A stretch of 46,040 bases of DNA, taken from the NCBI RefSeq assembly GCF_006345805.1, contig NW_021835126.1, positions 1-46,040 of the forward strand, in the 5' to 3' direction. Source of the DNA: Octopus sinensis. Taxonomy: Eukaryota. This document shows, piece by piece, positions 10,826 to 22,190 of the stretch. Positions within the stretch are counted from its first letter, which is position 1. Every line of letters starts with the position of its first letter. The notes beneath the pieces are model-generated. The model searched no databases, was not told the origin of the DNA, and saw only the letters and a program-made list of their open reading frames with translations. A program made the position numbers and the translations under genes.

Positions 10826-11078
10826 AATTTAAATACACAACCGAAAGAGTTACTGATAGTTTCATATTATTATGATACTTGAACAGGCATATTTATAAAA
10901 TACACCACGTGTCTTAATGCAATCTTACTGTCCAGCATTCTTGTTTTTAATATATATAATGCATAAGCAGAGCCTGAAGGTCTGCTTTAAGATACATGTC
11001 ATATTTTATAATTATGCCTTTTCAAGTTTCATAATAGCATGAAACTATGAGTAACTCTTTCCGTTGTGTATTTAAATT
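10826..11078. repeat. ~90 bp imperfect inverted repeat (10826-10917 / 10987-11078) overlapping a degenerate hammerhead motif
   Basis: aatttaaatacacaaccgaaagagttactgatagtttcat... versus ...atgaaactatgagtaactctttccgttgtgtatttaaatt. Confidence 0.8.
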
Positions 11079-11329
11079 TATATGTATAGGTGTGTGTGTG
11101 TGCGTGTGTGTGTGTGCGTGTGTGCGTGTGGTGTGTGTGCGTGCGCGTGTGTGTGTAACAAACTTCGTTAACATGCAGTTATTTCTGTTGCCAAGGGAAG
11201 TAAATAAAGTATGTCAGGAGATGAGACGTGAATATAGGCTTATTTTTTCCATATGACTTCCATATAAATACAGCTGTTTCGTAAGCTTCATCATGTAGTA
11301 TTGTTAATTACAGTAGGCAAAATTAATCA

Positions 11330-11339
11330 TACACACACA

Positions 11340-11382
<43 letters not shown>

Positions 11383-11566
11383 ACACACACACATACACAC
11401 ACATATATATACACATATATATATATATGTATATATTTATATATATACATGTGTATATATATACATATGTATGCATATATATGTATACGTGTATATAGAT
11501 ATATGTGTGTGTGTGTACATAGACAGACACACAGATAGAAAGAAAGAAAGATAGATATATATATAT

Positions 11567-11639
<73 letters not shown>

Positions 11640-11710
11640 CAGATAAAGATAGAGGGATAGATACATACATACATGAATACTTTCGTTCATGCATACATAC
11701 ATACATACAC
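11330..11710. repeat. Compound microsatellite (CA)n/(TA)n/(GATA)n/(CATA)n
   Basis: Direct reading. Confidence 0.95.
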
Positions 11711-11799
11711 AGATGCATTTATGTAAGTATGTGTGTGATTACCTGCACATGTGTGTGATCGCGTGCGCGTGTGAGTGATCACGAGCGCGTGTGTGTATT

Positions 11800-13380
11800 C
11801 GGATTACTACCTCCCATTTTAAAGGGTATGGCGCTTGCAATCCAAGAACTGGAAATATCAACCAAATACCTGATGCACAAAAGGGACAGAGAAGCAGGAA
11901 AAGCAACAAAATATGACACTCGAAGCATCCATTGTGGAGTTAACACCGAAGATTTCACCAACATCATAAGCAGTTGTCCAAAAATCTCATCACGGTATTA
12001 TCTACCAATGAGACATGATACTGTAGCTAGAATACAGCATAACGAGATCCTTCTGAAGGATAAACCCTAGAATAAAGAAATAAGACCCACAGTATTCTTT
12101 TCTACTCTGGGCATAAGGCCTGAAATTTTTGGGGAAGGTGCCAGTCCATCAGATCGACCCCAGTACGCAACTGGTACTTAATTTATCGACCCCAAAATGA
12201 TGAAAGGAAAAGTCGACCTTTGCGGAATTTGAACTCAGAACGTAAAGACAGACGAAATACCTATTTCTTTACTACCCACAGGGGGCTAAACACAGAGACG
12301 ACAAACAAGGACAGACAGACGGATTAAGTCGATTATATCGACCCCAGTGCGTAACTGGTACCTATTTAATCGACCCCGAAAGGATGAAAGGCAAAGTCGA
12401 CCTGGCGGAATTTGAGCTTAGAACGTAGCGGCAGCCGAAATACCTATTTCTTTACTACCCACAAGGGGCTAAACACAGAGGGGACAAACGGATTAAGTCG
12501 ATTACATCGACCCCGAAAGGATGAAAGGCAAAGTCGACCTGGCGGAATTTGAGCTTAGAACGTAGCGGCAGCCGAAATACCTATTTCTTTACTACCCACA
12601 AGGGGCTAAACACAGAGGGGACAAACGGATTAAGTCGATTACATCGACCCCGAAAGGATGAAAGGCAAAGTCGACTTCGGCGGAATTTGAACTCAGAACG
12701 TAACGGCAGACGAAATACGGCTACGCATTTCGCTCGGCGTGCCAACGTTTCTGCCAGCTCGTATTGTGGAAGCTATAGCCACTCATAAAAAAAAGTAAAA
12801 AACGAGTACTGGTGGAATGTCCCAGTGTAAACCTCAGTAAAATGTAAACAATAGGCTTGAAATAATGATTTGAGGTACAGAAGAGAAACTGTGCAGTTGT
12901 GCAAATCAGTTCCCTAGCGGATGCTCAACGGGAAAGAAAATAACTACGCTAAACTATTGGGAAATTTACAGCTACTCAATCCAGATTACAAGTTCAGGTT
13001 TACACCTGTAATTATTGGGGCCCTGGGATAAGTAATACGCCGCCTAAATACCAATCATGAAAACTTAGACTTCTCAAAACCAGAAAGAAGAATTCTAATT
13101 CGAAGACTACAGATCCAATCCATCACTGGAACTGTAAACATCTGTAAAACTTTCCTGAAGTTTATCATTTAAGTATATATGAGTATGTCTAGATAGGCAA
13201 CTATATGCATGAGAACACATACATAAAAGAAAAAAACATACAAATCTGCACACATTCATACATATATATAAAAATGCTCTGTTGATGTTGTTGAAATTCT
13301 AATGAAAGACCCTTGGATCTAGGTTAGAAACCGGCTCTTTCTCTATTGGCAAGAAATCTTGAAATAAAACTGAATAATGA
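11800..13380 (+). mobile_element. 5'-truncated, degenerate Dong/R4-type non-LTR retrotransposon (C-terminal zinc knuckle, restriction-like endonuclease, 3' UTR), interrupted by a SINE multimer
   Basis: ALAIQELEISTKY...HC...IISSCP...RYYLPMRHDTVARI (11830-12040), then EYWWNVPV, YAKLLGNLQLLNPDYKF..PVIIGALG and GTVNICKTFL after the insertion; frameshifts and stops. Confidence 0.8.
12097..12760 (-). mobile_element. SINE family B (Meta/MESC-like core) tandem multimer, 4 units
   Basis: Head gagctggcagaaacgtt..., B-box GAGTTCAAATTCC and core GTCGACTTTGCCTTTCATCCTTTCGGGGTCGAT are repeated; unit junctions at 12260/1, 12443/4 and 12580/1; GTATT on both flanks. Confidence 0.85.
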
Positions 13381-13702
13381 CATACATACATACATGCATA
13401 CATGTATACATACACACAAAAATACCTACGTAGTTACATACAGACTTACATACAGACATACATACATATATACAAATGGACGTTCGTACATACCACTACC
13501 TCCTCAACTCCTACCGACGAATCCATATTCGCTCCCTTTATTCGTGTTCAATGAATACACACAAAAGGAACCTTCATAATCTCATTTTTGTGAGCATTCC
13601 TTCACTTGGAAAATTATACTCCCTATAAACGTGTAAATTTTTATTGCCGCTATTGTAGGTATTAGCAGCGTCAGTAACAACACCAGTAGCAGTAACAGTA
13701 TT

Positions 13703-13747
<45 letters not shown>
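13703..13747. repeat. (TAG)n microsatellite
   Basis: Direct reading. Confidence 0.95.
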
Positions 13748-13785
13748 ATACCCGGAGTTTGTATTGTGATTGTTTGGCTTGTACA

Positions 13786-13824
<39 letters not shown>

Positions 13825-13919
13825 TACTACACAGAAAACTACATTCGAAGGTATATCGCTTTATTCAAGACGGTATTTTGACTTCTATTCCTTTAATGTT
13901 GTAGAAACCGGTTCTTTAG

Positions 13920-14115
13920 GGCCCTGTTATTATGTATCACATGATCACGTGACCGGCTAAACTATCAGATGTTGTTACACAACGGAAAATAACTGGAGCA
14001 ACTTGAAATGACGTATTTTGCTCAAGAACATAACGCGCCGTTGCATCTAGGAATCGAACCTACAATCTGGGGATCGTAAGTGCAACAGCCTAACTACTAG
14101 GCCACATGCCTTCAC
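13920..14115 (-). mobile_element. tRNA-derived SINE family C, degenerate
   Basis: Minus strand has TGGCCTAGTAGTTAGG (A box), GGTTCGATTCC (B box) and then GTTCTTGAGCAA; related copy at ~23390-23625. Confidence 0.6.
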
Positions 14116-14429
14116 GTTGTTATTTATAAGTTCGTAAAATGAAAATTACGCAAGTTAACGACTGATATACCACAACCAAGTCCGATCACATTTCGCAAGA
14201 GATAAATATATCCTGCTAAAGATATATCCTACCCTCCAGCTACTGTCGCACACATGTTCTATAACGTTTGCTACTCCTTTTACGTAGAAAACTAGTATTG
14301 CTAATTTGAATTATTTACACTACAATACATACTTGCTGACGTATATAAAATGAAATTGCACTTCATTGAAAACATTTAGTTAATGCCAAACTGTCCGTTG
14401 TTGTGTCCCATACTTATGGCAACAATAAT

Positions 14430-14466
<37 letters not shown>

Positions 14467-14555
14467 GTTGAGTAAAGTTAAATCATGGTCTGGTTTTCGC
14501 TTTTGTATTTTGGTATTTTAACATTAAAAAAATATTTTGTAATGCTCATAAAGTT

Positions 14556-14593
14556 AAATTAGCGCTTTCATACATAGAGTAATCATCAGATTT
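14556..14593 (-). ncRNA. Minimal type I hammerhead ribozyme (Penelope-type), with a U-U pair at the base of stem II
   Basis: Minus: AAAU-CUGAUGA-U-UAC-ucuau-GUA-U-GAAA-GCGC-UA/AUUU; palindromic stem III AGCGCU. Confidence 0.6.
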
Positions 14594-15020
14594 GAAATGT
14601 GTTTAACTGACAGTTGAGCTTTGACAACTGTAGTAGTACCTCTTAGAACGCTCCAACAACCTAGCATAATTTTTAGATATATGTGTGTATGTGTGTGTGC
14701 ATTTTTGTTTATATATACGTGTGTGTGTATGTATGTATGTATGTGTGTGTGTGTATGTATGTATGTATGTATGTATGTATGTATGTATGTATGTATGTGA
14801 GCAAAGAGATGAAAGAAGTATGGGCTTGTGAAATACAGCTATTGTGAGACAAGAGAAGAAATTAAAAAGGAGAGGAATGATCTCAAGCTCAATGAGTAAC
14901 CAGCTCACAACTCCACCCCGGACCTCACCCTCGGCTGCTAGACGGTATATAACCAATAGATACAGTAGATCAGAATATTTTTCTCAATCTCTGTCATTAT
15001 CACCTTCTCCCTCTCTCTCT

Positions 15021-15069
<49 letters not shown>

Positions 15070-15576
15070 TGTGTGTGTGTGTGTGTGGTGTGTGTGTGTG
15101 TGTCTGTGTGTGTGTGTGTGTGTGTGTGTATTTATATTTATATTTATATATGTATAAATGTGTGCGTTTTGTGTATATCCCTCACTCTCTTTTCCAGCTG
15201 CCCTCCTTCCTACCGTTACACTCCAATCAAACATCAGAAGTAAAAACTGGATAACCATCAATCACACTATCACGTTTGCACTTAACATGATGGAGATATG
15301 TTTTCTTTGATTTTAGAAATAATTGAAGCAATCAAACTAAACAACAAAAAAAAACGGTAAAACAAAAAGCATAAACACGACAGTAATTAATCCCTAAGAG
15401 CAGTAATCTTAAATCGAAGAGTGGGTGGGAAGAATAGAGTCAACAATAACAGCAAAACTAGATTACTACACTTAACCTCTCCAGCACCACCAACAATAAA
15501 TATAACAACAGCAGAAATAACAATAGAAGGAAAATGTTGGCTGTTTCGTAGAGTGGGTATCGTATCGAACGAAAAG

Positions 15577-15791
15577 GCGGCGAGCTGGCAGAAACGTTAG
15601 CACGCCGGGCGAAATGCGTAGCCGTATTTCGTCTGCCGTTACGTTCTGAGTTCAAATTCCGCCGAGGTCGGCTTTGCCTTTCATTCTTTCGGAGTCGATA
15701 AATTAAGTACCAGATACGCACTGGGGTCGATGTAATCGACTTAATCCGTTTTTCTGTCCTTGTCTGTCCTCTCTTGTGGGTAGTAAAGAAA
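15577..15791 (+). mobile_element. SINE family B monomer
   Basis: ggcggcgagctggcagaaacgttagc...gagttcaaattcc...ctttgcctttcattctttcggagtcgataaattaagtacc...gtagtaaagaaa. Confidence 0.85.
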
Positions 15792-17007
15792 AATATATAA
15801 ACTAATTTACAAATACACTATTGATATTGGCTAAACTGGAAAAATGACAATTCCGAAATATAACAATATCTGTTTCAACACACGACTTCACATAAAAAAT
15901 CTTGCACAACAAATATATAAACGATATTAAAATTGTTATCTAATTTCAACATAACATTTGAATATAGGCAATATCACATTGTGAGGTTATCTAAAACAGC
16001 GGTTTTCTTTTTAATTTTCAATTGTTAAAAGATATCTATTCCTTTCACCTGTCTTTGTATTGCTGTTTAAAAAGATCTTTCCAACCTTGTATCTATTTAT
16101 ATAATATCATGACTTCCGTGTGGCGTTGTTTCATTTACTCCTGCATTCCCAGGAACGTAGCCAGAACACCGACCGACATATTACAGTATTCTAAATTGAT
16201 GTTAACTGGACGGTAATTGATGACCACCAAATGTTTCAAAAAACATTGACAAGAGCACGAGAAGTTAAATTGATGACGTGCCAACATAAGCTTCATTGTA
16301 ATTTGACAATCTCCTATTAGCGCTTGACTACTTTGTAGGAAAAGATCACAAACGACATATGGATTAACAGATTTATTGAGCAGAAATTTTCAGTTGGAAC
16401 AAGCACAAATTGAACTACTGAAAATTATTCATCATTGTTTTCCACTGCCGAAAAGCGGATTATGTCTGGAAGTGTAAAATCAGAGAGATTTTGTTAGCAT
16501 GATACTAAGTAAGCGAATATTTGATGGCAGCCTGCCTTGAAAACTTCAGGTTACACTCGACTCCAAATATATCTCAGACAGTAAAGCTTTCTGTAAAACA
16601 ATCCACACAACACATACATACCCGTAACGCGCGTGCATGTACGAGTTGTACAAGTTATTAAGTGCTTGTGCAATAGTGGAACCAAGTACTCAGTGCTTAA
16701 AGTTTGTATGTATAATATTAGGAGTGCAAGCTTCTTGAATCCTTACTCTGAGTTGCATGTTACCGATTATTGAATCAAGTAAAGAAGTGAAACAGCGTGA
16801 CAACATATGAGCAAAAATATTCGTAAACACATTTAAATACAATTAGACACCGTGATTGGTTTACCGTTTTGAATATTCTCCCAGTCATTACGGGTACTTT
16901 AAACACTTCAGTTGCATATTTGTGTGAATAAAATCGTTTTTCTTTGGAATAGAAAAAAAATCCATCTTTAGTTCTTCTTTTGCTGGTGTCTCAAATTTAG
17001 GTTAAAT

Positions 17008-17067
17008 CAGTGTTTCTCAAAGGCGAGGCCTATGGGACGGTCCGACAAGTTGTTTTGAGAAAATTTG
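17008..17067. mobile_element. 60 bp hAT-type mini-MITE relic
   Basis: TIRs CAGTGTTTCTCAAA / TTTGAGAAAATTTG; 8-bp flanks GGTTAAAT / GTTTAAAT (7/8 match). Confidence 0.5.
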
Positions 17068-17142
17068 GTTTAAATGTTTGACAACTCAACACCGTCCATT
17101 GGACGGGGGCGTTTTGCTCGTATATATATATACATACATACA

Positions 17143-17236
17143 GAAGCTATAGTAGAAGACCATTGGCCAACGTGCCACGCAGGAGGACTGAACTCGGAGC
17201 CATATGGATGGGAAGCAAACTTCTTACCACAAGCCA
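17143..17236 (-). mobile_element. SINE family A head fragment
   Basis: gctatagtagaagac...ggactgaactcggagccatatgg...cttaccacaagcc. Confidence 0.65.
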
Positions 17237-17625
17237 TACTAAATATATACCAAGAGTTTGAAAAAAGGCAAAATTAAACCAAAATAATAAAAACAGAACG
17301 TTTCATCGATTTTTATATGAATCGAAGAGCTGATATTTCTTTGTTTTCTATAGAAGAGGACAAAATTTCTACAAAAAGCGTTTTCTCTTCTTCTAAGCAA
17401 AAAAAAAAAAAAAATTAAAACAATAAAAAAAAACATCCGCTCTTCTGTTCATATATAAAACCTATTAAACGTTCTGTTTTAATTATTTGGGTTCAATTTT
17501 TGTTTGGTTAAACGAACGAAAGCGATAATAAAGAATTATCCAAAAATCTGACTGCCTCCTTTTTCGTAACATAAATACATACACGTATATTTACAGCCAT
17601 AATATACAACCATATATATATATAT

Positions 17626-17668
<43 letters not shown>

Positions 17669-17687
17669 TGTGCGCGTGTGTGTTAAT

Positions 17688-17817
17688 AAGGTGAAGTGGG
17701 TGAATCGTTTGCATGCCGGGTAAAATGCTTAGTGGTATTTCGTCCGTTTTACGTTCAAATACCGCCGAGGTCGACTTTGCCTGTCGGGGTCTATAAAATA
17801 AGCACCAGTCGAGGATA

Positions 17818-17859
<42 letters not shown>

Positions 17860-17915
17860 ATATATATATAGTTCGACTTTGCCTGTCGGGGTCTATAAAA
17901 TAAGCCAGTCGAGGA
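17688..17915 (+). mobile_element. Degenerate SINE family B with a locally duplicated 3' part (17772-17815 and 17874-17915)
   Basis: cgactttgcctgtcggggtctataaaataagc appears twice, separated by (TA)n. Confidence 0.65.
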
Positions 17916-18118
17916 TATATATATGTGTATATATATAGCAATAAAGGGTTTAGCAACGAATTGCCTTACCGCATACCGAATTTAGAAATAGCAGTTAAAG
18001 GGTTTTAGCTATTTCTTCTACTAAAAAGGACTCTCAGTAAAAAACAGCAATTTGAAGGCAGACACAAACAGGTAAGAGAGAATGAATTGACGGCAATCTA
18101 TCATACATTTTTAAGTTA

Positions 18119-18228
18119 TCTACGGACGTACGTTTCGAAATCAAGTTTTTAGGAAGGAAAGCACAGAATTTAATATTAAATATTAAATAATTCTATCTTA
18201 CCGAAACTTCTTTTCTCTTCAGCGTAGA
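18119..18228 (-). ncRNA. Type I hammerhead ribozyme, apparently intact, with a long stem II
   Basis: Minus: UCUACG-CUGAAGA-GAAA...[~70 nt hairpin]...UUUC-GAAA-CGUACG-UC/CGUAGA. Perfect 6-bp stem I, G10.1-C11.1, GUC triplet, palindromic stem III ACGUACGU. Confidence 0.8.
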
Positions 18229-18406
18229 ATACTATAATCATAAATGATTATATATTGAATTTTGAGATACTAGAAGGCACCAACTCAACTCAGTATCAGA
18301 GCGAGCAGAATCCACAACTAGTATCACCGAATTCAATTTGTGAATGAAACGATTGTGTCACCGATTGTGTCATATATATTGTATATATATATAAAATATA
18401 TATATA

Positions 18407-18458
<52 letters not shown>

Positions 18459-19015
18459 TCAAATTGAAGGAATGAAGCAGGTAAACGTCATAGTAACTCT
18501 AGATGCTAATCGCGAAATATAAAGTAACTTACTCGATATGGGGGCGGGGAATCTTACAACCATCTACGCCAATAACCTATTATTGTTCCTGAAAGTTGTT
18601 TGTTATACCTACAACGGACTGTTCGAAGTTTATTAACTTCCTGCACTTTGATCCTTGGATCTTATAATTACATATAATTATATGCCTAAGCACTATTAGC
18701 GCTAACGTTTCGTGATTTTCCTAGATCGGGCGATCTACCAGCGCAAATCAGTAAACGTTGTTGACTGAATTTTACATAAAGCTTTATAAGTTTGTTCAGC
18801 ATTGCCTCTCTTAGGTACATCCCATTGACAAGAGTCAATGAACTAGAACAATCGCGGTCTGGGATTCCTGATAGATGGTGCCACTGAACAAAGCAGGTGT
18901 TTTGAAACCTTTTTACGATAAGTGAGATATTTACTCCACAGTAACTGCAGTGAATTTGACTTTTAGCAGTTGAAAAATGTCACAAACATATTTTAACTAA
19001 CCTAAATTTTGCATA

Positions 19016-19058
<43 letters not shown>

Positions 19059-19329
19059 TGTAAACACAGGATTGACTTTGAAACAGTTTTCGTCAATCAA
19101 ATTCACTCACAAGGTATTGGTTTTCATTTCGGTGTTATAGTAATAGTTACTCGCGCAAGGTACCGCGAAGTGGGACTGAACCTGAGACTCTCATGTTTGC
19201 AGAACGATCTTGCTTTCTTTATCATTAGTATTTTCCTGCAGCAGTATTATTGATAAATATTTAAAGCAAAACGGAAGTATAATGAATATGATTTCGCGGC
19301 AAAGTTATTTAATTTTATTTCATGCGCGA

Positions 19330-19415
19330 GCGTGACTGCACGGGCGTGTCTGCGCGGGCGTGTCTGCGCGGGCGAGGCTGCGTGGGCGAGGCTGCGTGGG
19401 CGAGGCTGCGTGGGC
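19330..19415 (+). repeat. Short GC-rich 14-bp tandem repeat (gcgtgggcgaggct) at the head of a degenerate SINE
   Basis: Direct reading, about 5 units. Confidence 0.75.
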
Positions 19416-19800
19416 TTGGGTCGCGACTACATGATTCTGGGTTCAGTCTCACTACCTGGCACCTTGGGCTCGTCTGTTCTACTATAGCATCCGGCTATAG
19501 TATTGTGTATGAATATGAAAGACGAAAACTCATATAAGCCCTTCGTATACATACATACATATATATATATATATTATATATATATATATATACATTTATA
19601 TATATATGTATGTTTGTTCGTCACTACCGGTTGACAACTGGTGTTAGTGTTTACGTCGCGTAACCTAGCGTTTCAGCAACAAAAACCGATAGAATATGTA
19701 CCAGGTTTAAAAAACGAAGAAACCAGTACTGGGGTCGTATCATTCAGCTAAAGAAAAGTATGGGGGCAGTGTTCCAGCTTGGCCGTTCTTTAATGGCTAA
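19405..19800 (+). mobile_element. SINE family A, old and degenerate
   Basis: gggttcagtctcact..ggcaccttggg..., ttgacaactggtg..., ccgatagaatatgtacc..., ttccagcttggcc. Confidence 0.7.
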
Positions 19801-19932
19801 GTTAATTACAGAAAAAGATAAATAAACATAGCTATTTTGTAAGGAAAAAAAGTCATTTCAAGGGAGATAATTCGCAAGTGTTTATAAGAGTTGTCTCCCT
19901 TGACACTTATAACACTGTAAGTGTTTCTCATA

Positions 19933-20335
19933 TACTCTTTTACTCTTTTACTCGTTTCAGTCATTTGACTGCGGCCATGCTGGAGCACCACCTTTAATCG
20001 AGCAACTCGACTCCGGCACTTATTCTTTGTAAGCCCAGTACTTATTCTATCGGTCTCTTTTGCCGAACCGCTAAGTGACGGGGACATAAACACACCAGCA
20101 TCGGTTGTCAAGCAATGCTAGGGGGACAAACACAGACACGCAAACACACACACATACATATATATATACATATATACGACAGGCTTCTTTCAGTTCCGTC
20201 TACCAAATCCACTCACAAGGCTTTGGTCGGCCCGAGGCTATAGTAGAGAAGACACTTGCCCAAGGTTCCACGCAGTGGGACTGAACCCGGAACCATGTGG
20301 TTGGTAAGCAAGCTACTTACCACACAGCCACTCCT
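19933..20335 (-). mobile_element. SINE family A, full length
   Basis: Reverse complement of 5554-5956 with high identity. Confidence 0.9.
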
Positions 20336-20773
20336 GTATATTCTTTTATCTTTCAGTTATTCTATTGGTTCCACTCTTTTAAATCCTAGAATACTTAAGA
20401 CACTCTCTTCAGCTATTATAGTCTATGAAACTATAATTTCACCATTTATTGAATACATACAGTTACGTAAATTGTTATATATGAAACTATTTCCCCGTTG
20501 CAATGTTCACTTGTGTACACAAATACGCCCTCGCACAGACACTCCGGCACACGCACACCCACATACATGCCTGTGAATGTTTTTGCCTGTATATGTATAC
20601 GTCTGCGTGTATCCGTATGCGAATCTGTGTGTGTGTGTGTATACATATATATATTCACACACACACACACACACACATATATACACACTTACATATGCAT
20701 ATATATGTACATATACATTTGCACACACCCACATGCACACACTCAGGCACGCACAGATACAGACCCTCTAGAG

Positions 20774-20974
20774 CAGTGCTTTTCAATATTTTTGCTGGAG
20801 CGGAACCCCAAGGAAACATTCCACTGGCTCGAGGAACCCCTGTGCAATAATTTAATAGACTTATGCACACATATCTGCACAGGAGAATTAAAAATTACTG
20901 TCGATTTTAGCAGTTTTGTAACTTCTTGCGGAACCCCTGGACTGTTCTGGCGGAACCCTGGTTGAAAACCACTG
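20774..20974. mobile_element. hAT (Charlie-type) MITE, 201 bp
   Basis: TIRs CAGTGCTTTTCAA / TTGAAAACCACTG; perfect 8-bp TSD CTCTAGAG (20766-73, 20975-82); repeated subterminal GGAACCC motifs. Confidence 0.9.
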
Positions 20975-21817
20975 CTCTAGAGAGTTGGGTAAAATACCGC
21001 ACCGTATATGTTCCTACTGAATGCGCTCGAGGTTCAAATCCTACAGACTTCAAAATTGACTTTTCCACCAATCGGGTCGATAATATGCCACCAGTCCAAA
21101 ACGTTGAATTGGCAGAAGTGTGAGCAAAGACCACAGCGGTGGTCAACAGCCTGTTCTTATTATTTATTCTCCTACTTTTTTAAAGATGTGCGTTCGATTT
21201 AAGAAAGATTTAGCCACTTTTTCTACAATGTTGAGCCATCGTATAGGGTCACACCATTTGTTCTAGTGGTTGAAGTGAGTTGCACAAAATGTTCTTGAGC
21301 TTATTCTACTTCACATGTTAGTAAATATCATATAACAATAGGATATAAACGGCCCAATATATGGTGGTGGGGTGTTATTTAACTTTGTTTTAATGGTGTT
21401 GAGTTTTTAGTGGCCATTTATCTCTCTGTACTAGACTATTAGATGCTTATATCAATACAGAAAAAAAATATTAGAATTCAACAGTGCATAAGGACGAAAG
21501 AAAATAGCGCTATCGTTGCCTATAGCGGGGAGCTATATGAAAATACAAGTGACTGGACTGTTTCAATATAAATAAAATTAGATAGTTTGAACTTCGGGTT
21601 TATTACTTGTATAATATATTTTCAAAGATTCACTAGCCATAAGTATAATTTTCCAATTCATAGATTTAACGACAGAATCTTTTAATTGTTCCTTGCCTGT
21701 TCGTTCTACTTTTCCTTCTTTCTAGATTTTGCTTTTGTTTTTGTTTACTCTTTGTATAAGATGTATTTATATTGCTTCCTCAGTTTGTCATGGCTTGCCA
21801 GATTTACATGTGCATTT

Positions 21818-22190
21818 AATAATAATGAAATTATTATATACAGTGCTCAGGTGCACCAGAACTTGTCAGAAAGTGTGTATAAAGTATATGCAGTAATGTA
21901 CAAATGTCTGGAAAGCGAACATTGTATGAGTCAGATACATGCTTGTGTGTGTATGGAGGGGAGAAAATCAGGTGTAGTGTTGGCGAATCTCAGGAAGCAT
22001 GGAAGTTTTGAAGGATGCAGTGTTCCGACAACTAACAGCTGATGCCGGCAGTTTGTTCCATGCTTCAGCAACTCTCAGCGTGTAAAAATGTTTCCGAAAG
22101 TCATGGGAGCTGTACTGTTTTCTGACTTTGTAAATATATCCACGGGTGTTAGACGGGTGGAGTTTGGAAAGGTGCTCAGAGTTATTGTTT
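21818..22190 (-). mobile_element. CR1/L2-type LINE 3' end
   Basis: Minus: SNTRGYIYKVRKQYSSHDFRKHFYTLRVAEAWNKLPASAV..., then 3' UTR and (TTA)n-like tail. Confidence 0.75.

Noticed and set aside
20340-20420. Minus-strand CUGAAGA...GAAA as a hammerhead
   Set aside because: The GAAA belongs to a SINE-A-like tail; no stem I/III complement
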